Source of the DNA: Sphingomonas sp.
GTDB taxonomy: Bacteria > Pseudomonadota > Alphaproteobacteria > Sphingomonadales > Sphingomonadaceae
DNA: 64,000 nt
Assembly: GCF_017745215.1 (NCBI RefSeq)
Contig: NZ_JAGHZV010000004.1
Coordinates: forward strand, 36,931 to 100,930
Direction: 5' to 3'
In this document: positions 18,327 through 28,410 of the stretch, piece after piece
Numbering within the stretch: position 1 is the stretch's first letter
How the letters are laid out: each line of letters opens with the position of its first letter
Program-made: the position numbers and the translations under genes
Notes under the pieces: model-generated
Databases searched by the model: none
What the model was told of the DNA's origin: nothing
The model's input: only the letters and a program-made list of their open reading frames with translations

Positions 18327-21300
18327 ATGGCGGCCGGCTCGTTCGATCGCACGTCCTATCCGGTCACCCGCTGGGTCTCGCCCGACGGCGACGACCATGA
18401 CGCGGGCACGCGCTACGCGCCGTTCCGCAGCCTCGACCGCGCGCAGGCCGAGGTCCGCCGATTCGCCGAAAGCGCGCCGCCGGGGAGCGAGATCCAGGTC
18501 CTGCTGATGGAAGGCGAGTATCCCCTCGCCGAGCCGCTCCGCTTCGACCCCGCGCTGTTCGGCCCCGACGGCCCGCGCGTCCGCTTCGCCAGCGCGGGGG
18601 ATGCCGTACCCGTGATCTCGGGCGGCGTGCGCATCACCGGCTGGACGCTCCACGATCCCGATCGCAACATCTGGCAGGCGAGCGCGCGCGGCCTCAACAG
18701 CCGCCAGCTGATCGTGGGCGGCCGGCGCGCCCAGCGCGCGCGCACGACGATGCCCGACGGCGGCCTCCCCGCGGGCTTCCGCCCCACCCCCGTCGTTCCC
18801 CAGCCCGCCAAGGGCGGCGAAGCCTATACGATCGGCGGCGGGATCGACTACGTCCCCACCGACCTCAACCCGGCGCCGTGGCGCGACCCGATGCTCTGGA
18901 AGAATGCCGACCAGGTCGAGGCCGTGATCCAGACGCAGTGGAAGATGATCCGCGTGCCGCTGCGCAAGGTCCACCCGCCGCTCGGCCCCGCGCCCGGCCG
19001 GATCGAGATGGCCCAGCCCGCCTGGACCAACGCCAACCTCGTCTTCACCAAACAGCCCGACGGCAGCCTCGCCCCCGGCATCTGGTCGTTCTGGCAGGTC
19101 TCCTGGTTCGAGAACCACGTCGCCTTCCTCGACACGCCCGGGGAATGGGTGCTCGACGCCGCCGCGGACACGATCTTCTACATGCCCCGCGCGGGCGAGG
19201 ACCTGGCGACAGTTGAAGCCATCCTCCCCGTGGTCGAGACGCTGGTCGAGGCGCACGGCAGCGAGGAAGCGCCGGTGTGCAACCTCGCCTTCGAAGGCCT
19301 CGCCTTCCGCCACGCGACCTGGCTCGGGCCGAGCGGCGACGACGGCTATGTCGTCGACCAGAGCGGCTTCCACCTGGTGGGCAGCGGTCATCGCTCGAAC
19401 GTCACCGGCCATTTCGAGCATGTTATCCGCACGCCCGGCAACCTCAGCTTCCGCCACGCTCGCAATATCCGCTTCGAGCGCTGCGACTTCGCGCACCTGG
19501 GCGCCGTCGCGGTCGATTTCGGCACCGGCAGCCAGGGCAACCGCATCCACGGCTGCAACTTCGACGACATTGCCTCGGCCGCGATCCAGATCGGCGGGAT
19601 CGACCGGATCGACTATTTCGAGCCCAGCACCGCCAACCACACGCGCGACAACCAGGTCACCGCCAACCGCATCCGCCGCACGGGCCGCGACTATAGCGAC
19701 TCCGCGGCGATCTACCTCGGCTTCACCACCAACAGCCTCGTCGCCAGCAACAGCATCGCCGAGACGCCCTGGTCGGGCATCGCGCTCGGCTGGGGCTGGG
19801 GGCTGCTCGATCCGGGGAGCTTCCCGGGCGTCCCCGGCGCGACATCGGGCCAATGGGGCGTGCCGCCGTCGCGCACGGTCAATTGCGGCAACCGCATCCT
19901 CCACAACCATATCGAGCGCTTCCTCGAGCAATTGTGGGACGGCGGCGCGATCTATTGCTGCGGCTGGCAGGGCAACGGCTTCGACGACGCGCTGCGGATC
20001 GAAGGCAATGTGCTCTGCCGCAAGCGCCCCGCGGCGGGCGGCAACATCCTCTACAATGACGGCGGCAGCCGCTACCTCATCGTGACCGGGAACGCCTCCT
20101 TCGACAATCCGATCGGCGCGATCGACCTCGGCCCCAAGCCGCGCCCCGGCGATCCATTGCCGTACGACGCCGCCCCCAGCGTCGTGAACGGCGTCCCCTA
20201 TGGCGGCGACGTCGGCGGCTGCGTCACCTATGGCGACATCCGCTATGAAGGCAATTACTGGGCGGCCGGGCTGATCCCGGTCAAAGAGGCGCTCACCGAC
20301 GCAGTCGAGGAACTGCTCACCCTCCTCTTCACCGGCCACGCCTTCGGCACCTATGGCCCCGGCGGCTTCTTCGACATCTGCCCCTATTCGCAGGGGCACG
20401 TCTCCTATCCGACCAACCTCGTCTTCGAAGACAACCACCAGATCCCGTTGGGCAAGGCCGACGTGCCGCCGTCGCTCCTCGCCGCCGCCGGCGTGCCCGA
20501 CGCGACGCGCGGCATCGTCGCGAGCGGCCCGGCGCCCGCGGGCGGCGGCGCGTCCTTCCCGCCGCGCAATCCGGGGCCGAGCTGGAACGTGCCGCGCGTC
20601 TCGCTGCCCGGGCTGTTCGGCGTGCAGAAGCAGTACGCCAAGGAATGGTGGTATTATGTCGGCATCGCCGACGCCGCCGACGGCAAGCGCTTCGGCCTCC
20701 AGCTCGAGATCAGCCGCTTCTCGCTCGGCAGCCTCCAGCTCGGGCTGGGCATCACCGGCATCGGCTGGCGCGACGCCACGGGCCGCGACTTCTACCTGAG
20801 CGCCGAGGGCGTCGGCTTCGGCGGGGCGCTGCGCGTGCCGCCGGTGAGCGACACGGCGTTCAGCGCGCACCTCCGCCCGCTGATCGAGATCACCGGCCGG
20901 TCGAGCGATTTGAAGCGTGACCTCCACTGGAACCTCCCGATCTTCGGCGGCAGCGACGGCTGGAAGTTCGACTATCTCCCCGCCCCCTCGCAGGGCGCCC
21001 CGCTCGGCACGCCGGGCTCGCGCTATGCGCTGGCGGTCAAGGGCCGCGGCTTCGTCACCGACGCGACCAGCGCCGACACGCGCGCGGCCAGCTACGCGCT
21101 CGACCTCGAGCTCACCGATCGCCGCGGCATGGTGATGGAAGGGCTCTCGGGCTATGTCGGCCCGGCGATGTTCACCGACGACGACATCGGTCTCGCATCC
21201 TACGAATGCGCCCAGCCGGTGCTGCGCATCGGCCGGGGCAGCCTGACGATCGACGGCACCGCGCACGCCATCGCCGGCGGCACGCTGTGGCTCGACCGCC

Positions 21301-21893
21301 AGCTGATCGCCGGCGCGCCGAGCGACACCCCACCCTCGCTCTTTGCCGCGCTCAAGGGCCAGGCGCCCGCGGCGAAGCAGCTCTACCTCGGCGACTGGCT
21401 GGGCATCACGCTCGACGACGGGCTGTCGCTCGCGCTCGCGCTGTTCTGGCGCCCGTCGACGCCGCAATGGATCACCGGCACCAAGGTCGGCCGGCCGCCG
21501 AAACAGGGCTTCGGCAACCTCTACTTGCCCGTCCAGGGCCACCAGCCGCAGGGCAACGGCGGGCTCGCGCTCAAGCCGCGGCTGGGCCCGGGCGACGATT
21601 GGGACTTCGATCTCAACATCCTCGATCCCGGGACCCCCGACGCCTCTCCCCACTGGACCTCGCCCGCCTCGGGCCACAGCTATGCGACGGCCTGGCAGAT
21701 CGACTTCGCCCCGCGCGTCCAGCGCCTCGGCCTGCCGCCGACGCTCTACCTCCGCGCGCTCAGCGAGAATTGCGAGATCATCCCCGGCGACGCGAGCGGT
21801 GCCTTCTTCGAAGGCGCCGCGCTCGCCTTCGCCGACCGCGAGGGCAAGCGGCGGATCGGCCAGGCCTTCGTCGAGCAGATGGGGTTCAACTAG
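18327..21893 (+). CDS. large fusion protein: right-handed parallel beta-helix region plus C-terminal AttH/CrtC-like lipocalin domain
   Basis: 1188 aa with GGGGGGAGG RBS. N-terminus is WVSPDGDDHDAGTRYAPFRSL (DUF1565-like) with PbH1-type repeats. The C-terminus carries KEWWYYVG..., GTLWLDRQ and FFEGAA...GQAFVEQMGF, characteristic of AttH/hydroxyneurosporene-synthase-like domains. No obvious signal peptide. Confidence 0.8.
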   Translation: MAAGSFDRTSYPVTRWVSPDGDDHDAGTRYAPFRSLDRAQAEVRRFAESAPPGSEIQVLLMEGEYPLAEPLRFDPALFGPDGPRVRFASAGDAVPVISGGVRITGWTLHDPDRNIWQASARGLNSRQLIVGGRRAQRARTTMPDGGLPAGFRPTPVVPQPAKGGEAYTIGGGIDYVPTDLNPAPWRDPMLWKNADQVEAVIQTQWKMIRVPLRKVHPPLGPAPGRIEMAQPAWTNANLVFTKQPDGSLAPGIWSFWQVSWFENHVAFLDTPGEWVLDAAADTIFYMPRAGEDLATVEAILPVVETLVEAHGSEEAPVCNLAFEGLAFRHATWLGPSGDDGYVVDQSGFHLVGSGHRSNVTGHFEHVIRTPGNLSFRHARNIRFERCDFAHLGAVAVDFGTGSQGNRIHGCNFDDIASAAIQIGGIDRIDYFEPSTANHTRDNQVTANRIRRTGRDYSDSAAIYLGFTTNSLVASNSIAETPWSGIALGWGWGLLDPGSFPGVPGATSGQWGVPPSRTVNCGNRILHNHIERFLEQLWDGGAIYCCGWQGNGFDDALRIEGNVLCRKRPAAGGNILYNDGGSRYLIVTGNASFDNPIGAIDLGPKPRPGDPLPYDAAPSVVNGVPYGGDVGGCVTYGDIRYEGNYWAAGLIPVKEALTDAVEELLTLLFTGHAFGTYGPGGFFDICPYSQGHVSYPTNLVFEDNHQIPLGKADVPPSLLAAAGVPDATRGIVASGPAPAGGGASFPPRNPGPSWNVPRVSLPGLFGVQKQYAKEWWYYVGIADAADGKRFGLQLEISRFSLGSLQLGLGITGIGWRDATGRDFYLSAEGVGFGGALRVPPVSDTAFSAHLRPLIEITGRSSDLKRDLHWNLPIFGGSDGWKFDYLPAPSQGAPLGTPGSRYALAVKGRGFVTDATSADTRAASYALDLELTDRRGMVMEGLSGYVGPAMFTDDDIGLASYECAQPVLRIGRGSLTIDGTAHAIAGGTLWLDRQLIAGAPSDTPPSLFAALKGQAPAAKQLYLGDWLGITLDDGLSLALALFWRPSTPQWITGTKVGRPPKQGFGNLYLPVQGHQPQGNGGLALKPRLGPGDDWDFDLNILDPGTPDASPHWTSPASGHSYATAWQIDFAPRVQRLGLPPTLYLRALSENCEIIPGDASGAFFEGAALAFADREGKRRIGQAFVEQMGFN

Positions 21894-21909
21894 AGGAAGA
21901 GCCCTGGAG

Positions 21910-21944
21910 CCTTCAATCCTCCCCTGGAAGGGGAGGATTGAAGG
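21910..21944. repeat. family-2 palindromic element, single hairpin
   Basis: CCTTCAATCCTCCCC-TGGAA-GGGGAGGATTGAAGG, perfect 15-bp arms. Confidence 0.85.
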
Positions 21945-22024
21945 TTCGACCAAGCCACCCGCTTTACATCCGCCCGCCCCCACGGCAGCGTCGCGCCTTC
22001 GCCACGCCGCAACGAAAGCCCGCC

Positions 22025-23608
22025 ATGAAGACCTTCCTCGCCGCGCTCCTCGCGATGCTCGCCGCGGCCGTGCCCGCCCAGGCGCAGAAGGACGACGCGA
22101 CCGACGCCTTCTTCAAGCCGAGCGAGACCCGGTCGAACGGCAGCGTCACCATCGGCGGCGCGCGCATCGCTTACCAGGCGATCGCCGGCACGCTCGTCGT
22201 CCATGCCAAGGACTGGCAGGACACCGACGCGATCGAAGCGGAGAAGGGCAAGGCCGACAAGGACGACGCCAAGCCCAAGCCAGAAGCGTCGATGTTCTAC
22301 ACCGCCTACTTCAGGACCGGCGCCCCCGCCGCCAACCGCCCGATCACCTTCGTCTTCAACGGCGGCCCCGGCTCCTCGTCGATCTGGCTCCACATGGGCG
22401 CCTTCGGCCCCGTCCGCGTCGAGACCCCCGACCTCGCCCACGCCCCCGCCGCGCCCTATGCCCTGGTCAACAACGACCAGAGCCTGCTCGACGTCTCGGA
22501 CCTCGTCTTCATCGATGCGCCCGGCACCGGCTTCAGCCGCGTCGCCGGCGACAAGAAGGAAGAGGCCTTCTACGGCGTCGACCAGGACATCCATGCCTTC
22601 GCCGAGTTCATCGGCGCCTTCCTCGACAGATACCAGCGCTGGAACTCGCCCAAATATGTCCTGGGCGAGAGCTACGGCACGATGCGCGGCGCCGGGCTGG
22701 CGCTCGCGCTCCAGCAGGCGAGCATCGATCTGAACGGCGTGATCCTGCTCTCGGACATCCTCAACTGGGACCTCGTGCCCGACGATCCGCAAGTGAATCC
22801 CGCGATCGACGCGCCCTATGTCGTGGCGCTGCCCACCTATGCCGCCACTGCCTGGTACCACCATCGGCTCGCCAGCCAGCCGCCCGCGCTCCGGCCCTTC
22901 CTCGACGAAGTCGAGGCGTTTGCCACGGGCGATTATGCGCTCGCGCTGATGCAGGGCAATTCGCTGCCCCTCGAGCGCCGCCAGGCGATCGCCGCGAAGC
23001 TCGCGGGCTATACCGGCCTCTCCGAAGCCTATCTGCTCAGGACCAACCTCCGCATCGAATATGGCGCCTTCCAGAAGGAGCTGATGGCGGGCGACGACCG
23101 CACCACCGGTACGCTCGACACGCGCTTCACCGGCTGGACGATCGACGCGCTGAGCAAGGTCGCGAGCTACGATCCGCAGGGCTCGGCGCTCGAGAGCGCC
23201 TATGTCGCGGCGTTCAACGCCTATGCGCGCGGCACGCTCGGCTATGGCGAAGGCATGCGCTTCAAGCCCGGCATCGATATCTACGGCAGCTGGGACTATA
23301 AGCACCAGCCGCCGGGCGCGGGCAAGCCGCTGATCGCGCTGCCCAACGTCCTGCCCGATCTCGCCGTGGCGATGAAGCAGAATCCCAATCTCAAGGTGAT
23401 GGTCAACGGCGGCTATTTCGACGTCTCGACGCCCTATTTCGCCGGCCGCTACGAGATGCGCCACTTGCCGGTGCCGCCCGCGATCGCGGCGAACGTCGAA
23501 TATCATTACTACGAGTCGGGCCACATGGTCTATGTGAACCCCGCCGTCCTCAAGGCCTTCCGCGCCGACGTCGCCGACTTCATCCGGCGGACCGACAATC
23601 TGCCCTGA
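22025..23608 (+). CDS. secreted serine carboxypeptidase, peptidase S10 family
   Basis: Internal ATG (residue 274 of ORF 21206..23608). Signal peptide MKTFLAALLAMLAAAVPAQA. NGGPGSSS and GESYG catalytic-Ser motifs. Confidence 0.85.
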   Translation: MKTFLAALLAMLAAAVPAQAQKDDATDAFFKPSETRSNGSVTIGGARIAYQAIAGTLVVHAKDWQDTDAIEAEKGKADKDDAKPKPEASMFYTAYFRTGAPAANRPITFVFNGGPGSSSIWLHMGAFGPVRVETPDLAHAPAAPYALVNNDQSLLDVSDLVFIDAPGTGFSRVAGDKKEEAFYGVDQDIHAFAEFIGAFLDRYQRWNSPKYVLGESYGTMRGAGLALALQQASIDLNGVILLSDILNWDLVPDDPQVNPAIDAPYVVALPTYAATAWYHHRLASQPPALRPFLDEVEAFATGDYALALMQGNSLPLERRQAIAAKLAGYTGLSEAYLLRTNLRIEYGAFQKELMAGDDRTTGTLDTRFTGWTIDALSKVASYDPQGSALESAYVAAFNAYARGTLGYGEGMRFKPGIDIYGSWDYKHQPPGAGKPLIALPNVLPDLAVAMKQNPNLKVMVNGGYFDVSTPYFAGRYEMRHLPVPPAIAANVEYHYYESGHMVYVNPAVLKAFRADVADFIRRTDNLP

Positions 23609-23627
23609 GGCGATCCTTTACTTACAC

Positions 23628-23709
23628 CGTCATCCCGGCGAAAGCCGGGACCCAGGGCCATGAGCGACGTCCTTTGTAACCCTGAGTCCCGGCTTTCGCC
23701 GGGATGACG
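23628..23709. repeat. family-1 MITE-like element, ~82-nt long form
   Basis: Arms CGTCATCCCGGCGAAAGCCGGGACCCAGGG and CCCTGAGTCCCGGCTTTCGCCGGGATGACG flank a ~22-nt spacer. Confidence 0.85.
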
Positions 23710-23731
23710 GCGGATTCAATCAACGATCATT

Positions 23732-24895
23732 CTACAGAGATCGCGCGATCAGCAGCTTCATGATCTCGTTCGACCCGCCGTAGATCCGCTGCACCCGCGC
23801 GTTGCGCCACATCCGCGCGATCGGATAGTCATTGATATAGCCATAGCCGCCATGGAGCTGCAGGCATTCGTCGAGCACCTGCCACTCGGTGTCGGTCACC
23901 CAATATTTGGCGATCGCCGCAGTGGTGAGGTCGAGGCTTCCCGCCACCTGGCGCTCGATGCAGTCGCCCACGAACACCTTTGCCACCGTCGCCTTGGCCT
24001 TGCACTCGGCGAGCTTGAACTGGGTGTTCTGGAAGTCGATCACGCGCTGGCCGAATGCCTTGCGCTCCTTGACGTACTCCGAGGTGACGTCGATCGCCTT
24101 CTCCATCGTCACCACGCTGGAAACCGCGATGACGAGGCGCTCGCGCGGCAGCTCGGCCATCAGCTGGCGGAAGCCCTGGCCTTCCTCGAGCCCGAGCAGG
24201 TTCTCCGCCGGCACCCAGACGTCGTCGAAGAACAGCTCGCTGGTGTCCTGCGCGTCGAGCCCGATCTTGTCGAGCGCCTTGCCGCGGCGGAAGCCCTCGG
24301 CCTCGGCGGTTTCGACGACGAGCAGCGAGACGCCCTTGGCGCCCTCGGCCGGGTTGGTCTTGGCGACCACGATGATGAAGTCGGCGATCTGGCCGTTCGA
24401 GATGAAGGTCTTGGCGCCGTTGATCCGATAGCCGTTGCCGTCGCGCAGCGCTGTGGTGCGCACCGACTGGAGGTCCGATCCCGCGCTCGGCTCGCTCATC
24501 GCGATCGCCGAGACGAGCTCGCCCGAGCAGAGCCGCGGCAGCCAGCGGCGCTTCTGCTCCTCGGTGCCGTGCGCGAGGACATAGGGGAGGATGATGACGT
24601 TGTGCAGCGACAGCGCAAAGCCGTCGACGCCGTGGCGCCCGACCTGCTCGACCAGCGCGACGTCGTGGCGGAAGTCGCCGCCGCCGCCGCCATACTCCGC
24701 CGGGATCGATGCGCCCAGCAGCCCCGCCGCGCCCGCCTGGCGCCAGAAGGCGCGCTCGACCTGCCCCGCCTCGCGCCACTTCGCGATCCGCTCGGGCGGC
24801 GCCTCGCGCTCGAAGAACTTGCCCGCAGCTTCGCTCAGCAGCTGGACCTCGGGATCGAGCATGCACTCGGGCGGCGGGACGTCGAGACCAGGCAT
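23732..24895 (-). CDS. acyl-CoA dehydrogenase
   Basis: The ORF opens at TTG 24913; ATG 24895 has a GGAGAGG RBS. ACAD fold motifs are present (AMSEPSAGSD, TFISNG, YGGSNEI). Confidence 0.9.
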   Translation of the reverse strand: MPGLDVPPPECMLDPEVQLLSEAAGKFFEREAPPERIAKWREAGQVERAFWRQAGAAGLLGASIPAEYGGGGGDFRHDVALVEQVGRHGVDGFALSLHNVIILPYVLAHGTEEQKRRWLPRLCSGELVSAIAMSEPSAGSDLQSVRTTALRDGNGYRINGAKTFISNGQIADFIIVVAKTNPAEGAKGVSLLVVETAEAEGFRRGKALDKIGLDAQDTSELFFDDVWVPAENLLGLEEGQGFRQLMAELPRERLVIAVSSVVTMEKAIDVTSEYVKERKAFGQRVIDFQNTQFKLAECKAKATVAKVFVGDCIERQVAGSLDLTTAAIAKYWVTDTEWQVLDECLQLHGGYGYINDYPIARMWRNARVQRIYGGSNEIMKLLIARSL

Positions 24896-24914
24896 GAACC
24901 TCTCCACTCTCAAT

Positions 24915-24996
24915 CGTCATCCCGGCGAAAGCCGGGACCCAGGGCAGCAAGCCGTGTCACCCGTGGCCCTGGGTCCCGGCTTTCGCCGGGATGACG
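24915..24996. repeat. family-1 MITE-like element, long form
   Basis: Same arms as 23628..23709 with a different spacer. Confidence 0.85.
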
Positions 24997-25009
24997 GCTC
25001 ATTGTCGGA

Positions 25010-25789
25010 TTATCGGGGGGCCATCCTGATGGCGCCATCCAACCGCACGTCCTCGCCGTTGAAATAGGGGTTGCGCAGCATCTCCATCGCGAGACTGGCG
25101 TAATCGACGGGGTTTCCGAGGCGTTTGGGGAAGGGAACCGTGGCAGCGAGCGCGCCGCGGACGTGATCGGGGAGCGCGCCGAGCAGCGGCGTGTCGAACA
25201 GGCCCGGCAGGATGGTGTTGATCCGGATCCCCTCGCCCGAGAGGTCGCGCGCGATCGGCAGGGTCATGCCGACGATCCCCGCCTTCGACGCCGAATAGGC
25301 CGCCTGGCCGATCTGCCCGTCCTCCGCCGCCGCGCTCGCAGTGTTGACGATCGCGCCGCGCTCGCCCCCCTCGTCCGGCTCGAGCGTGAGCATCCCCGCC
25401 GCCGCCTTGGCGATGCAGCGGAAGGTGCCGACGAGGTTCACCTGGATCACCCAGTCGAACGCCGCGGCCGGGAAAGCCTTGATCTCGCCCGTCGCCTTGT
25501 CGCGGCTCGCGGTCTTGAAGGCATTGCCAACGCCGGCGCAGTTCACCAGGATCCGCTCCTGCCCATGCGCGGCGCGCGCCTTCTCGAAGCCCGCATCCAC
25601 CTCCGCGTCCGAGCGCACGTCGACCTTGCAGAACACCCCGCCGAGCTCGGCCGCAAGCGCCTCGCCCTTGTCGGCGTTCAAGTCGAACAGCGCGACCTTC
25701 GCCCCTGCCGCCGCAAGCGCCCGCGCGGTCGCCGCGCCCAGCCCCGATGCGCCCCCGGTGACCACCGCGGCGGTGCCTTCGAACTTCAT
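25010..25789 (-). CDS. SDR-family 3-hydroxyacyl-CoA dehydrogenase (type II HADH-like)
   Basis: TGGASGLG cofactor motif and YSASK catalytic motif. 259 aa. Confidence 0.9.
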   Translation of the reverse strand: MKFEGTAAVVTGGASGLGAATARALAAAGAKVALFDLNADKGEALAAELGGVFCKVDVRSDAEVDAGFEKARAAHGQERILVNCAGVGNAFKTASRDKATGEIKAFPAAAFDWVIQVNLVGTFRCIAKAAAGMLTLEPDEGGERGAIVNTASAAAEDGQIGQAAYSASKAGIVGMTLPIARDLSGEGIRINTILPGLFDTPLLGALPDHVRGALAATVPFPKRLGNPVDYASLAMEMLRNPYFNGEDVRLDGAIRMAPR

Positions 25790-25800
25790 GTCCCTCTCTC

Positions 25801-26895
25801 CTATCCAATCACGCCGCGCGCACGCAGCGATTCCACCTCGTCGGCGCCGATTCCGAGCTCGGCGAGCACCGCGCCGGTCGCTTCGCCCGCCACTGCCGCC
25901 CTCGGCTCGTCCGCGGGCGTCGCCGAGAAGCGCGGCGCCGGCGCCGGCGCCTCGCCGACGAAGGCAGCCCTCGCCCGGTTGTGCGGATGCTCGAGCGCCT
26001 CGCCCGGGGTGAGCACCGGCGAGACGCAGGCATCGGGATCGAAATGCGCGACCCAGTCGTCGCGCGGCCGGCCGGCGAAGATCGCCGCGAATTGGGCGAT
26101 GCGATCGGGCCAGCGGCCGACGTCCATCTGCCCGGCGGGATCGACGCCCAGCCCCTCGGCGAGCGCGCGGTAGAAATGCGGCTCGATCGCGCCCACCGCG
26201 ACCGAGCGCCCATCAGCACAGGCATAGCAGCGGTAGAAGGGCGCCGCGCCGCTCAGCAGATTCGCGCCGGGTCCGTCGCGCCACAGCCCCGCCGAGCGGA
26301 ACCCCCAGCTCATCGCCGCGAGCAGCCCCGCGCCTTCGGTCATCGCCGCGTCGACCACCTGCCCCGGCGCGCCCATCCGCACCGCGAGCAGGGCGCTCAC
26401 CATCCCGAAGGCGAGCAGCATCCCGCCACCGCCGAAATCGCCGACATAATTGACCGGCGCGACCGGCGGCTCGCCCGGGCGCCCGATCCCGTCGAGCACG
26501 CCGGCGACCGCGATGTAATTGATGTCGTGACCCGGCGCCTGGGCGAGCGGCCCGTCCTGCCCCCAGCCGGTCATCCGGCCGTAGACGAGCTTCGGGTTAT
26601 CCTCGAGCAGTTCGCCAGGGCCCAGCCCCAGCCGCTCCATCACGCCGGGACGAAAGCCTTCGATCAGCCCGTCGGCAGTCGCGCACAGCCGCCGCGCGAG
26701 GTCGACGCCGTCGCTCGCCTTCAAGTTGAGCGCGATCGAGCGCCGGTTGCGGCTGAGCGAATGCGGCGGGAAGGTCTCGCGCGGCCGTTCGATGCGGATC
26801 ACCTCGGCGCCGTGGTCGGCGAGCATCATCCCGGCGAACGGGCCCGGCCCGATCCCCGCGAACTCGACGATGCGGATGTCGGTGAGGGCAGGCAT
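25801..26895 (-). CDS. CaiB/BaiF family III CoA-transferase (alpha-methylacyl-CoA racemase-like)
   Basis: 364 aa. N-terminal IRIVEFAGIGPGPFAGMMLADHGAEVIRIE is typical of the family. Confidence 0.9.
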   Translation of the reverse strand: MPALTDIRIVEFAGIGPGPFAGMMLADHGAEVIRIERPRETFPPHSLSRNRRSIALNLKASDGVDLARRLCATADGLIEGFRPGVMERLGLGPGELLEDNPKLVYGRMTGWGQDGPLAQAPGHDINYIAVAGVLDGIGRPGEPPVAPVNYVGDFGGGGMLLAFGMVSALLAVRMGAPGQVVDAAMTEGAGLLAAMSWGFRSAGLWRDGPGANLLSGAAPFYRCYACADGRSVAVGAIEPHFYRALAEGLGVDPAGQMDVGRWPDRIAQFAAIFAGRPRDDWVAHFDPDACVSPVLTPGEALEHPHNRARAAFVGEAPAPAPRFSATPADEPRAAVAGEATGAVLAELGIGADEVESLRARGVIG

Positions 26896-26907
26896 CAGCT
26901 TCCCATT

Positions 26908-27046
26908 TCAAATCCTCCCCTGGAAGGGGAGGTGGCGGCCCGAAGGGCTGACGGAGGGGTAGCTCTCCACGAGCTACACAGCCCGTGGAGAGCTACCCCT
27001 CCACCACGCTTCGCGTGGTCCCCCTCCCCTTCCAGGGGAGGATTGA
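26908..27046. repeat. family-2 composite element with nested palindromes
   Basis: Outer arms TCAAATCCTCCCCTGGAAGGGGAGG and CCTCCCCTTCCAGGGGAGGATTGA. Central arms GGAGGGGTAGCTCTCCACG and CGTGGAGAGCTACCCCTCC. Confidence 0.85.
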
Positions 27047-27065
27047 GAAGAAGGGAACGCATGAC

Positions 27066-28217
<1,152 letters not shown>

Positions 28218-28410
28218 CGCTTCCTCCCCATCGCGAGCGCTCGACCGGCGCTCAATTGACATGAGTGTAAGTGAGACCTCGGCGAGCGGCAACGGGACTC
28301 TTCGCCAAATTGCGGGCGGGATGCGATCCATCCCGTTTTGGATGGGCTAATGTTGCGCCTGCGTAGCGGCCATGTTACCCAGAGTTGAGTGAATGCAAGG
28401 GGGGAATACC

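Noticed and set aside
21941-21950. GGTTCGA-like string that could hint at a tRNA T-arm.
   Set aside because: It is the end of a family-2 palindromic repeat, and no acceptor, D or anticodon arms can be built around it. I found no tRNA or rRNA anywhere in the window by eye.
28393-28410. Longer 63-aa version of the precursor starting at ATG 28393 (MQGGNT...).
   Set aside because: The purine-rich Shine-Dalgarno-like AAGGGGGG lies inside these codons and is correctly spaced for ATG 28411. The longer form cannot be excluded without experimental data.
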